In this document: one piece after another, positions 49,182 through 61,573 of the stretch
Layout of the letters: each line of letters starts with the position of its first letter
Numbering within the stretch: the stretch's first letter is position 1
Assembly: GCF_009834535.1 (NCBI RefSeq)
Contig: NC_045697.1
Span: 1,056,001-1,120,000 of the forward strand
DNA: 64,000 nucleotides
Direction of reading: 5' to 3'
DNA from: Camelus ferus
Lineage: Eukaryota
Notes under the pieces: model-generated
Seen by the model: only the letters and a program-made list of their open reading frames with translations
Databases searched by the model: none
Told to the model about the DNA's origin: nothing
Made by a program: the position numbers and the translations under genes

Positions 49182-51256
49182 GTGAGTCCCCAGGGGTCCC
49201 TGACCTCCCCTCCCCACCACTGCCTGCCATCTTCTCAGCTCTTCCTTCTGGCAGAGCTGCCCCAACCCCAGGAGCCTCAGGGCAGGCCTGGGCAGGACAG
49301 GACACCAGGCCCAGGTCAGCCTAGGCTGGGGCACCCCCATGACCTGAGCCCTCTGGGCAGCAGGGCTCTGGCCAAGGGTTGGGGGTGTGGCAGGCTGGCA
49401 GGGACTGGGGTTGGCAGAACTAGGTCCTTGGGGCTGAACCTCTTCCCCGGGTGTCCCCGTGTCCTCTGAGGGCAGGGCTCTGAGCAGCCTGAGCTGGCTT
49501 GGGCCGTGCTGTCCTGGCCTTCATGCTGTAGTTGCTGCCGCCCTGGAGCTTAGTGGGTGGGGGGAGCCTCACCCCTCTGGGTCCTGTTGCTTGGTGTGCC
49601 TTGTTGGATGTTGGGATGGCCTGGGATGGCAGGGCCCTGTGTGGCAGGGGCAGAGGGCCACATGGTGGGGAGAGGATCCAGGGAAGGGCAGAGGCCACTC
49701 TGGCAGGGGGATGAGGACCCTAGGAGAACAGGAGTCAAGTCTTGGTCTCCACTTGTGGTCTTTGGCCACTTAGCCCAGGGTCTCGCCCCAGCTTCCTGGC
49801 TCTCTGAAGAGGGAGGGGCTGGGACCTGGTCGAGACCCATTCTTTCCTCATGCACAGGGAGGGGCTGGCTCTGAGGCAGGGTGGGTCCTGGGAGGCAGGG
49901 TCACATGCTTTTTTCATGCCTGGAGTGGGGCACGAGGGTCTCCTAGGTGCTGGAAGGTCTCTGGGCTCAGGAGGGGGGGGACAGGGTGGGCCTGAACTAG
50001 CAGGTAAGTGCCAGGAGGGGACGAGAGAGGCAAGGCATCGCAGATCAAGGGTGACTCTGCCTGTCATGGCCAGCTCCTGTGCTGTGGTGGCTGGTTCTTC
50101 CCTGGCCCCAAAGCTGCCTGGCTGGACTTGGGCACCTCTGTTTCCCCTGGAACCTTTCTCAAGCCCAAATGAAGCATCTTATCAGCCTCCATGGAGCTCG
50201 AGCTTCAACCTGGCTCTGCCCAGGGTGGGAGGGGCCAGAAGGGGAGACCCACCTGGCATCGAAGCCCAGCCCAGTCTGCAGGAGCAGAAGTGGGGCTCAG
50301 GTTGGGGCCTGGTGTGGCCCTACCCTCTCCTGGCTGCAGTCTCCTTGGGTGACATTTAGTGGGCCTACAGGAAGGTCCTGCAGGGGCAGAGAAGCTGGGC
50401 TTGCGGAAGTGTCCGTGCAGTGGGGAAACTGAGGCCTGGGAGGCATGAGGCTTCCAGGACTGTCCTGATCTCTGGCCTGGCCTAGGTGGGTAGGGAGAGC
50501 CAGAACTCCTGGGTAGCGGGCAGGTCAGCTAGTGGAGGGGGAGGTCAGTGGCAGGGGGCCCTCAGCCATTCCTGAGTCCCGGCCTCATGTCCAGTCTCTG
50601 GCTCAGGGTTTGGCAGTGAAGGAGACAGGAGATTCCCTTGCAGAGCTGACGGGCTGAGGGGGCATGTTGGCAGATAAGACAGTGGGGGACCCCCAGGGGT
50701 CAGGCGGAGGGGTGAAGAGTGTCTTTCAGACTAGGATTGGGTGCAGAAGCTTTAGAGGGAGGGTTTGGCCACTCAAGGAGTGATGCTGGGATGGGAGGCG
50801 GGTGGTGGAAGTGGTTGGCAGGGGGACAGGGCAGTGGAGACTGGAGTGGCCACAGGCAGGGCAAACGCAGGCCTGGCTCCTCTGTGCGGGCACTCACCCC
50901 GGCCTTGCCTCCTGTAGCCCCTAGGCCTTCGGTCACCAGAGGAGACAGCCTCTGTGCCCCGCAGGCCTCTCCCCTCTGCTCTTCAGCCCCTCTGCTCCTC
51001 TTGCTCTTCTCATTCCCCTAAGGCCTACCCCCTCCTCCTGCCCTGCATGGGGCTGTGATTGGTCAGGGCCGGAGGTGGGAACGGCTGGCCTGACCACTGG
51101 GCTCCCTGCCCAGCCTCAGGCCCATTGTCAGGGTGGCTCCCAGGCTGCTGTGGGTGGCGGGCAGGTCAGGCCTGGCTCTCTGTGCCCAGAGGGCCCTGTA
51201 GGGGCAGCTGTGTCATGCAGCAGCGCCAGTGGTCCTGACTGCACTGTCCCTTGCAG

Positions 51257-51624
51257 GCTCCTGCTTCTGGGTGGCCGTTCTGGACGGCAACGTGGTGGGC
51301 ATCGTGGCGGCGCGGGCCCATGCGGCGGACAACACCGTGGAGCTGCTGCGCATGTCTGTGGACTCACGATTCCGTGGCAAGGGCATCGCCAAGGCGCTGG
51401 GCCGCAAGGTGCTGGAGTTCGCCCTGGTGCACAACTACTCCGCAGTGGTGCTGGGCACGACGGCCGTCAAGGTGGCCGCCCACAAGCTCTATGAATCGCT
51501 GGGCTTCAGACACATGGGCTCGAGTGACCGCTACGTGATGCCTGGCATGACCCTCTCGCTGGCTGAGCGCCTCTTCTTCCAGGTCCGCTACCACCGCTAC
51601 CGCCTGCAGCTGCGCGAGGAGTGA
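51257..51624 (+). CDS. NAT8L: NAT8L exon 3 coding part (368 nt; GNAT domain, acetyl-CoA motif RFRGKGIAK)
   Basis: TTGCAG acceptor; ends RLQLREE*; total 909 nt = 302 aa + stop. Confidence 0.98.
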
Positions 51625-54600
51625 CCGCCGCCCGCCCCCGCCGCCCCGCCACCCTGCCCGCCTGCCCGCCCGCCTGCCCGCCGCCCGGGCCGCTTTCAGA
51701 CACTCACCTTGGTGTTTGTGTTGGGTTTTTCCTTTTCTGACACCACACGGTTCTCTGGCTGGTTTTTGGGGGGCGCGGGGGCTGTTGCTCATCCTTGGCA
51801 CTTGGGGAGGTGTGCTGTTCCCAGCCACACCCCTCGCCCTCCTCAGTCTGCTGGGGCCACACCCTGAAGAGTGACAGCGTGGACTACCGCGTGCCCACGC
51901 AGCTGCCTGGCCCTGGCTCAAGGCACCCCTCCCAGCCCTCCCCCAGGGAGGAGGGCCCAGCCTTGCCCACCAAGCACAGAGTCTCTGCAACAAGGTCCCC
52001 ACCCAGCAGACCCCTGCCTACCAGCCAGGCGGCGGCTCAGCCATCAGTCCCTGGAAGGCGTGGCCTGCTGCGCCAGCCGGCCATGGCCCCGTGGAGCGCC
52101 GAGCTGGCCAAGGGCCTGCTTTGCTCTGCATGCTGAGGATGTGGCCTGGCTGCAGCATGCCGCATGCCTACGGCCTCCCGCCCCCCTGCCCTGCCCAGAC
52201 TGGACCCAGACTGGTGAGCACCCCTGGCCCCAGCCCAGCCTCTCTGGAGGCCCCGTTGTCCCCCTTGCCTCCCCCAGTTCAGCTTTGCTTTGACATCGGA
52301 TCACCTCTTTCCTTTTGGTACCTGCCCCTCCCCTGCCCGGGCTTTGCTGATTGGCGTCATCACCCAGGTGTGGTTCCCATAGCAACATGTTGCACAGCCG
52401 TGGTGGGGCCCTTCAGGAGAGCAGGGTGGGGAGGCACTGGTGGGGTCGCTTCTCCCCCAGCGCCAGCGTGACCATGGTGGCCTCTCCCAGAATTCCCTGA
52501 GGACCTCCTGCCTCACGGCTGATGGGCTCTGTCCTGTGACTTACACACCCAGGCTGCTGCCTGCACCACCGAGCCCACAGCTTCTGCCAGCCTGAAGCCG
52601 ACCTATTTTTTTAATAAGTTATTTAGACAGAATAGCACTCTGCATGACTTTAATTCTTGGGACAAAATGGTAGTTGATACCTTAACACACACACACATAC
52701 ACATACACACACACACACCTGTGTGGTCTAGAATATGCACTATTTCTGGCCCAGTTTGGTAGGGGTGGGTGGCCGGGTGGGTGGAGGGTTTCAGAGTTTG
52801 GAATCTGGAGGGAGACCCTGATGTAATATAACTTCCCCCAAAGAGCATTCCTGGCTTGTGAGGAGGCTCTGGGACCCCTGTCCAGCCTTGTTGCCCTACA
52901 GAAGCTTTGCGAGGGGTGAGTGGGTTCACTGTGGCTTGGGGTGGGGGCAGCTGTGCTCCCACCCTCTCCTTCCTGAGGTTGCAAGCATGGGCTCTTGGGC
53001 ATGGGGGGCTCAGAGGAGGGAAAGGAAGGTCGTGATTGGCAGTGCCAGCATGTCCAGCTGTGTGCCTGGACCTGGCCTGGTGGCAGGAGGGCATAAAGAC
53101 CCCCTTACTCTGGGGGCTGGGAGAGGGGAAAGTGGAGGGCCACGACTGAGCCCCACCTGCGGGGCCGTGGCGGGCGGCTCTGGAAGAGGCGCTTGTAAGG
53201 AAGCGGTGAGCGAAGCCAGCCCGGCTCCTTGCAGGGCCTCTTGTGCTGTCAGCAGCCGAGTGTCTGCAGAGCTTTGTACAGACCCCGCTCTCCCCTGTAC
53301 ATTTCTCCCTGGTGGCGCCCGGTCCCTGCTTGGGGATGGGAGTTTTGTAGACTGTACAGAAATCGGCACCCTATTTTCTTGCAGCTCTCAGATTTTGTTA
53401 ATGTGGATTATACAGACAGACGTAAAGTGTTTTAGCAAAATGGAAAACAAACAGTTGTGCCTTTTTCCTCTTTCTGTTTGGTTTGGTTTCGGCTTGGGGT
53501 GGCCTGAGTTGGGGCCGAGGCTGGTCTGAGTCCTGGCCGGCGGGGAAGCACAGGCAGGGCCCACGCGAGGTCTGCATGGCGGGTCGTGTCTCGTCGGGGG
53601 CAGCCCTGGGACGCTGCCAGCTTTGATCCTGTGCCTTTGGGCCTCCAGTCCCTGGTGTGGGGGCGCGAGGGTGGGGGCCGTTGGAGCCCACTGGGCCGGG
53701 TAGAGCCACGGGGCTGCCCACATCTGCTGGCATCAACCCAAGCGCCTTGCTGGTGTAGCTCCAGGCAGTGGTGTGGCCCCTCCCGTCCCGCTGGTGTCTG
53801 TTAGAGCTGCGTGCCCTTGGTTGGTGGCCCAGAGGGTGGTAGGCACTGGCTGGGCTCCCAACCTTTCCTATGCCCTTTTGTTGCTGCCAAGAGAGATTCC
53901 ACGGGGCGTGTGGCAGGTTGGCCACATGTCTGGAACTCTGCTGCCCAGCTGCTGCCTGGCCCCTCAGGTGGGCAGAGGCGCCTGTGTGCCTGCTGGGGGG
54001 GCTGGGTGCACGCTGAGCCCAGGGCAGGACCCTTGCCCGGCCAGCGTACGGCTCCTGGGCCCCAGGGACCCCTGGGGCAGATCTCCCACCCTTCCTCCAG
54101 CCTGGGCACTGACTGCTCCACAAACATGCACTGAGATGTGAGGTTTTTACCTTTGTAGAGACTCTGATGTTACTTCTACCTCTGTGAAGCATCCTCCTGG
54201 GGTCCCGCCCAGCGACGTGTCCGGGCAGCTTCTCTGAGTTGGGCGGCCCTGGCCCCCCCTCCCTGTCCCCGCTGGCCTCCGGGGCCTTCCCAGGCGGGAA
54301 GGCAGCACCTGTGCTCAGGGTCCGGGCTTCCAGGACTTCTGTTGTCTGTCTGGAGTGGAAAGTGGGCGGCAGAGCGCTCAGGCTGTCTTCGCTAGATGAG
54401 CTTGGAAAACAAACCCCAGGGGCACTTCCGGGTGGGGGACCCAAGGCAGCCAAGGGCTGCGGCACCTCAGGTGGCTCGCTGCCACCAGGCCCTACCGCAC
54501 GGCGGGCGGGCGGCCCCTAGGGTGGCTGCCGCTGCCTGGCGATGGGCTCTTCAGACAGCTGGCCCCGAAGGTGGGCGTCCAGGGCGGGCAGTGTGCTTGT

Positions 54601-55960
54601 GCTGGGGCCAGCCATGTGGTCCGGCTCCGGGACAGTGGAGACCGCGCCTCCCACCTTCTGCCTCCACTGATGTCCAGCCTGGCGTCCCACCGCTGCCCTT
54701 GGGGAGGGGTGGGGAGAGAGGTCTAGCCCGCCCTGTGGGCCGAAGGCTTGGGCTGGAGGCCATGTGGGCAACTGGCCTGAGGCTGCGTGGTCCTTGGGCG
54801 ACCCCTAGCTTGCTGGGGATGTCTTCTCAGAGACACCCTTGGAGGGGGTGGCGTGGGAGGCTCTCTGGGCCATAGGGCCTGGCTCTGGCCTCTGGGAGGC
54901 ATGCTGGCTGTGTGGGCACCGGCCTCTGCCTGCCCTAGGGCCTGGCCTGAGCCCGGGAGCCTGCTGCCTCTCCCTGGCCGTGTCCTGCGTGTCACCGGCT
55001 GCTCCTGTGTCTGTCTGAAGCCGCTTCCGTGAATCATTTTGGCCATGGGCCCATGTTCCTGTGCCAGTGGCCTCTGGCCGAGGCTTTTGGAGTTTGACTT
55101 CTGGGTTGGGTGTGGGCTGATCGGGGACTGGGGACTACGTTTGCCTCCTGGTACCGACGACATGCTCCAGTGGTGGCCTGAGGCCCACTGAGGGGTGGGC
55201 AGCCCAGGGCCCGGGGTGGAGGAGGGCGAGCCCCCGCCTGCCGTTGTTGGGTGTGTTCTTTTAACAGCAATAATTCGCCATTTTGGAGAAGGGGCATGCC
55301 TGTGAGTGTGTGTGCGTGTGCGTGTGTGCAGGGAGGGAGCCTGGTGGCCGAGGCCACTGCTCCAGCCTGGGAAGGGGAGGCCAGGAGGTGCTTGGTGGGG
55401 ACGGGCTGGCCCTGAGGCCTCGTCCACTCCTCTTCTCCCGGCAGACCTGGAACCGCCTGCTCCTTCCTCCCTGGCTGAGAGTGCTGGGCAGGCCTGTGTG
55501 AAGGGGGGACGACCGGGATGAGCCTTCACCTGGGTCTTGGTGTGTGGGGAGGGTGGCAAGGGCAGCGACACTCAGCCAGATGGGCCGAGATCAGATGTGG
55601 GGACCAGAGTCACCACGGCCAGGCTGTTTGACCGCAGCTGCTGTGGGTGCTGTGTCCTTGGGCTGGGGGAGCCCAGGCCATGTCATGGTGGCTGGATTCA
55701 CTTCCTATGGGGTACTGCGAGCCAGGGCTGGTGACTCCTGAGACTCCAGGGTGTGTCAGGACAGCCCCCGCCAGGGCGCGGGGGGCGGCGAACTGTGTCC
55801 CAGAGGAGACCAGCCGTGGGGCTGGGGCCAGGGCCGGGGGCGGGCCCAGGCTGCTGCGTGTGCGCCACAGGAGGTGCTGGGGGCGGGGTCCCTCTGCCTG
55901 CCCAGCCCTCCCCCCCCATGCTGCTGTTTTTCAATAAAATCAGAGTTGATGGAACTGGGC
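51625..55960 (+). other. NAT8L: NAT8L long 3'UTR with probable poly(A) signal AATAAA at 55933-55938
   Basis: First AATAAA I found after the stop; AT-rich islands at ~52600-52690 and ~53340-53490; a multi-kb UTR fits what I recall of NAT8L mRNA. Confidence 0.7.
52686..52718 (+). repeat. Imperfect (CA)n microsatellite
   Basis: ACACACACACACATACACATACACACACACAC. Confidence 0.9.
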
Positions 55961-57813
55961 TCCGTGCTTTCTTGAGGGGTCCCCTCGGTTCTGGGCCAGG
56001 AAGGGCTGCTCTCCTGGACACGCTGGGCTCCTCCTCCCGGGGAGGAGGGGCCCTGCCCTGTGCTGGCAGCCCTGGCAGGGGGCTCTACCGCAGGCTTGAG
56101 TGTCTGTCCACCTGTCTGACACCTCCTTGGAGCAGGTGTGGGACACAGGTGGCCAGTATTAGGCCCACCTGGGAGAAGCAGTGGGCCCCAGTGTCTGTAG
56201 GGGAGGGAGGGTGATGTGGGGTTGGGGGTTCAGGCTAGGGAGTGGGACGTGGAGGTTCAGGGTGGACACACACGCCTAGCCTTGTCCAGGGGTCCTGAGC
56301 CAGCCCACCACAGACAGCTCTCCACGTCAGGCTTCCTCTGCCCACACTCTCTGGCCCTGGCCTGGCTCCCCTTGTGGGAGGGAACATTCAGCAGGTTCTG
56401 CCCTTCTCAGCCACGAGGGTCAAGCCCCTCCCCTCCCCGGGGATGGCTAAGGAGAAACAGCATCAGGCCTGCAGGTGCCAACACTGCGCGCCCACCCACG
56501 TGGGGGGCATCAGCTCCCAAGGACGAACAGTCATTTGAGTGAGATGTTTCGTGTGAAGCCCAGCAGTGGTCTTGCTTCTGAGGTGACAGAGCATGCAAAG
56601 AGACTGCCACGCAGGTACACGGACACAACCGAGGCAGTGGCAGTTCTGGAATGTTCCACCACACGGTGGTCAGTCCTGGCCATCTAGACCCTGCACACCC
56701 CTGAAACCAGTGACAAGGTCTTGAGGCCATGAGAAAAATGGGCCTAGGCATGCTGAACTGTGATGACCCACATCACCCTGTGTCCCGTGGGCTCTGCAAA
56801 GGAGGTGGGCGTGTGGAGGCCAGTCCCCACTGAGATAAGAGCGGTGTCAGTGTATGCGGGAGGGAGCCCTGCCCGCCCCTGGAGCTGCGTCTGGGCGCCG
56901 GCTCATGCCTGCCCTTTCCGGGCTGCCGGGACGCCACATTTAGTGGGGGCATGTGGGGCCCAGACCCAGGCAAGGCCATGGTGGGAGAGGCTGGTCTGGG
57001 AATGGGCTCTCAGGGCCGAGACGGGATGGCAGGGCAGTGGTGCGGGGTGAGGGCGCAGCAGCAACCTCGCTGGCACACTGATTGGCCGTGTGCACTTGTA
57101 CAGTGATGTAACTCCCCGTGCCTCAGTTTCCCCATGGTGTACGGGGGATCGTACCGGCCTCTGTCACAGACTGCTGCAAAGCTCGAGGCGCACAGGCTGG
57201 GCCCTCCCTCAACACTGGAGGGTCTGTGTGGACGGCTTTGAGAACAGACTTGAGGGGAGCCAGCCCGCTTGCAAGGGCTGGTAACCAGCCTGCACGAGGC
57301 TCCTGGAAAGACTGCAGGACCTGGGCACGTGTGACTCCAGAGGCCCCGGCCTGGCCAGGTGAGGACCTGTGCACAGGCCCGCTGGCCCTCAGGGGCTCCA
57401 GGCCGCTGGCCGCTCCTGGGTCACCGGCCAGGTGGTGAGCAACTGTCGGCCTGGAGAAACCCAACGCCGCCCCCAGCTCCACAGGAGAGGGGCTGAGGCT
57501 GTCCGCCCCGGGCCCGGGCTAGGCTTCTCCCACTTGGGGTGCCCACCCTGGCTGTGGCCGAGGGGCCGAGGACTACGGACACGGCATTTATCGCCCACCG
57601 GAAGAATTCACTCGGCCAGGGATGAGGACGGCTTCCCAGGAGGCGTTTACTTGGAGTGCCCCAGCCGCCCTCGCCCGAGGGTGAACGTGGGCCTGCCGGT
57701 ACCAAGTGCCTGACTGACCTTGGGGAAGGCCACACAACGGGCTGGTGGAAACCAGTTCTCTTCGCTGCTGTTGCCTGGGGCTACAGACAAAATGAAGGCG
57801 AGAAATGCGCACA

Positions 57814-57966
57814 CTAGGGGTTGGCGCTGACGAGGGGCCCGGGGGTTGCTGAGTGGTTGCTTGGAGACTCGGCAGGACGTTGGTGGGGCCGAGGGCCTGG
57901 GGCCTCCTGCAGGGGTGTCAGGTGTCCCCACGAGCGGCCGGCTCTCAGGCTCACCTTCAGGGGCAC
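57814..57966 (-). CDS. POLN: POLN last coding exon (VPLKVSLRAGRSWGHL...SANP*)
   Basis: CCGCAG acceptor; VPLKVS..GRSWG matches the A-family C-terminus; TAG at 57814-57816 and a second in-frame TAG at 57781-57783. Confidence 0.93.
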   Translation of the reverse strand: MPLKVSLRAGRSWGHLTPLQEAPGPRPHQRPAESPSNHSATPGPLVSANP

Positions 57967-59145
57967 CTGCGGGTGGCAGCCAGAGGTGAGCGCCAGGCCT
58001 GGGCCAGCCCTTGCTGGCCACCTCCCAGGCCCTGCGCAGGTGGCTGAGGGCCCACAGTGCATAGGCAGCCACTTGTCCAAAGACACCTGGTCAGACCTAG
58101 CCACAGCAGCTCTGCCACAGACGAATGCACACTCAGACTCACAATAACCGGCCGACAGGCTCACAGGACACCCGCCCGGTCGTGACGCCTTGACCTTGGC
58201 TGTCTCTACTCCTTGTCATGGCCCCTGTGCAGCAAGCAGGCCTGAAGGGCTGGGCCTAGCAGGTGCTCGGTGGGGGGGGGGGGTGACCCGGGGCAGCCTG
58301 TGCTCCCTGGGGGATTGCCTGGTGCCAATCCAAGAGGTGCCAGAGGGGCCTGGAGAGCCCCCCAGGGACCTGATCCTGAGTAAGCCCTTGACCATCAAGT
58401 CTCAACAGCTCCCTCTCAACAGGAGGGTGGGGGGCACCCACAGCTGGGCCCCTGCCACCCACACGGCTGCTAGTGGGGGAGGTGGGGGTTCCCGGGCTTC
58501 CAGGGGCCTGGGGCCTTCCCGTCTCCACCTGCTGCGGGAGCAAGCACAGACTACTCCAGGACACAGGCCACAGGGTGCAGTTACACGGCCTGTTCCCCTG
58601 AGGAACGGAGGCCACCGTGGGACAATGGCCACTCTTCCCTGCCGCCCTTCCAGTGGCTTCAAGGTGCATCCTGAATGACAGGGCAGAGTCCCTGAACCTG
58701 CCCTGGCTTTAAGGGCCTCCTTGTGATCCCTCCGCATTCTCTACCACCTGGGGAGCCTAGACCCAAAAGTCTTCCTGGTGAGGACCCGGAGCCCCTCTGA
58801 GAGTAACCAGACAGGAGTTGGGCAGGGGGGCAGCCAGCTTGGAGGTCTGATGGGCGCCTCCCCAGGCCAGCCCCCTGAGCCTGTGGCTTCTCTCAGGCTG
58901 ACGGGCCACAGCTTGTCAGGGGGTAACCTGGCTCCTCTGCAGGGCAGATGGGGGAGGGCAGCAGTCTGGGGGCCAAGGTGCTGCAGGCGGGGGGGGGGGG
59001 GCTGTGGCCCCTGCCTGGCTCTTCTGCCCCTGGGGAGCAGGGCTCCTCTCCCCTCCCCTCCCTCTGGCTGTGAGTGCGCAGCTAGGGGCGGCCTGGCCGG
59101 GTTGAGGGTGACCTGCCCAGCTCCCGCCCCTCCCCGCTCCCCTAC

Positions 59146-59207
59146 CTGCAGCTGCAGCTCCAGCGCCGGCACGTGCTTCAGGGACTCCATGGTGCCCTTG
59201 ACCAGGG
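59146..59207 (-). CDS. POLN: POLN penultimate exon (62 nt, LVKGTMESLKHVPALELQLQ)
   Basis: TCCTAG acceptor; CAG|GTAGGG donor; frame continuous. Confidence 0.93.
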
Positions 59208-61505
59208 CTAGGACAAAGGCAAGAGAGAGGCGGCAGCCTGAGCCTCCCTGGGTGGGGCTGGTGCCAGGAGGGCCCCCAGGCCCCGGGCTCCCCACCTATT
59301 TCCTGACTCCACACAGTCACCCTCCCCTGCACTGGCTGTCCTGGCACTCCCCACGAGGCCCCCTGGCCCATTCCAGTTCCCACTGGCCGTGTCCAAGACT
59401 CACGCTTGAAGGTGCCTTAACCCAGCCCCAACTGTGGGTCCCAGGGACGAGGGGGCCTCCACACCCACATGTTCCTCTGCTGCCCCGGGCCGGGCCGGGC
59501 CAGGCAGGCAGGGCATGTGCCAGCCAGGGCCTCCACTCTTTGTCCAGAAGGCTCTGGGGCTGGGAGGAGTGGGGGGTGCGGGGCAACCCCGGCTGGCCAG
59601 GGTGGTCTGGGCAGGACAGCCTGTGCTCCCTACTAAAGTCCCTGTGAAGTTTCATGTGACGGTGAAGTTGTCAGAGCAACTCTGTGGCACTGGAGGTTGG
59701 GGCTCGGGGCTTGGTCACCACAGGGCCCGGGGAAAGAGGGCAGCCTGGCAGGGAGGGGTAGGCTGGTGCAGGGTTTGCTCCAAACCCTCTGCCCCTTTGA
59801 TAAGTGAGTAGTTCATTCTGTCCTACTAAGTTATCTGACATTTCAGCCCAACGATGGCAAAGGAAACTCCCAAGGAACAGGCAGGTGCTGCCTTGTTCTC
59901 GGTCCTCCATGGCCCCAGGGTAACTGGCTGGCTCCCTGGGGCTCCCAGGGCAGGGCCAGCAGCCGCCTGAAGGCCTCGCTGCGCTCTCTGCGGATGCAGA
60001 TGGACACTGGTGGTGGCAGGGGTCGTGGTCGGTCGCTGTGGCTCCTGGGTCGGGCTGTGGGCAGTGGGCGGTGTCGCCCCGGGCTCTTGGCCTGCTGGGC
60101 TCTCAGGGAGCCCTGCGGAGGGGCCCCGGCCACCCTGTCCAACTTGCTTCTCACCCAGGGGAGTCGGGACCTTGGCGCCCCTCACCCTGCTGGGGCTACA
60201 CTGGGTGTACAGACAACGCCAGGTCCTCCTGTGTGTCCCTTTGTGTGACTGGCTGAATGAGTGACCCCAAGTAACCACTGTGCAGAGGGCAGTGACTGTC
60301 GAGCAGAGCTGGCCCCTAGCCCAGGGCTCTCCCTGTGGGTCACCTACTGTTGCTAGCCTCCACCATGAGGGCAGGGTCCCTGGGCCTGGTGTCTGCCCCA
60401 TGGGCCACTGGCAGGTGTGCCTTGACCACCCAACATTTCAGAGGGGGCTGCCAGCCCCCTGACACCAGGGTCACCTGTCACTGTCCCTGGTGGCGTCGTG
60501 GCCTGGAGCTCTCCGGGCACAGAGCTGGTGGTACCTCCAGAGTGCTGGCCGGCGGCCAGGAGGCCCCCGTGTCCCGCCGGGAGCCACAGGGAGCCTCGCC
60601 TCCCTGCCCGTGGTGGCGCCCAGGACAAGGGGGGGTTAGATGGTTCCTAGGGTGCTCCCTCCAGGGCTGGGACTTTTTCTTTTCTTTTTTAACCAGCACG
60701 TCATTCACACCAAATGGCTTGTTTCAGGCTTATTATTTCCAAACAGATTTCAGAGGACATAGCCTCAGTGTAGGACGGCTGAGGACAGTGGTCTCACCAT
60801 TTCACTGGGCAGTTCTCTGAAGGGAAGCGGGTGGTGGGGCTGAGGGAGGGCGCAGCCAGCATCACTTGGGAGCTGACCTGGAGGCTGGCCCACCCCTGCA
60901 CTCCTTCCAACCTCCAAGCCGCCCCACAGACCCTGCCAGGGCATAGCGGGGCCAGGGCCCTTCCAGCTCCTGCTCTTGCCAGAGACGCAGGATAGAGGGC
61001 CTCCCGCCCACGGGATGGGTGTTAGGGAAGAGGTCCAGGCCCTCCCTGAGGACTGAGTCGGTTCTCTGAAGCAGGTGGCCTCTGGCTTCAGAGAACTGAC
61101 AGCCGGTGGTGATGTGTCAGAGAGGGCAGGGCAGGGCCCAGGCTTGGAGCCTGTGCTGAGCCTGCGGGCCTCAGCCACCCCAATGCCCCCGCACTAAGCC
61201 CACTGCTGGTCCCACAGCCTGGCTCCCGCTAGCCTGGCAGGTCCCAATGCCGCCTCTGTCTTTCCAGGGCCCCACCGTAGAACACCTGGTGCTCCTGAGA
61301 GCTGCTGGCCAGGGTGTGGCCATCCAGGCCTTTCAAGGGCCCCCAAACCAGGCTGGCCCTTCTGCAGCCCCTGCCCAGGAGACACGGTAGGAGGCAGGGA
61401 GGGGGACTGGGACTATGAGCCAGGTGGGGGGCCCAGCCAGGTGTCCCTAGAGAGATGCTTCAACTATTTGTGGAATAGAAGCAACCCTGGCTACTCAGGG
61501 CTCAC

Positions 61506-61573
61506 CTGCAAACTCAGGAATCTGAGAATCCTCCACTTCAAAGAGCAGCTCATCGTGAATCTGGGCAACCAGC
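61506..61573 (-). CDS. POLN: POLN third-last coding exon (68 nt, [23 protein letters not shown]-family polymerase motif C)
   Basis: Read by hand; QIHDEL catalytic motif; TTCCAG acceptor; G|GTGAGC donor. Confidence 0.96.

Noticed and set aside
44000..51200. Search for a REST/RE1 silencer near neuronal NAT8L
   Set aside because: Only half-sites seen (e.g. GACAGCGCC ~46707); no full 21-bp match found by eye
53398..55571. 355-aa and 282-aa minus-strand ORFs
   Set aside because: Antisense to the GC-rich NAT8L 3'UTR; low complexity; no domain or splice support
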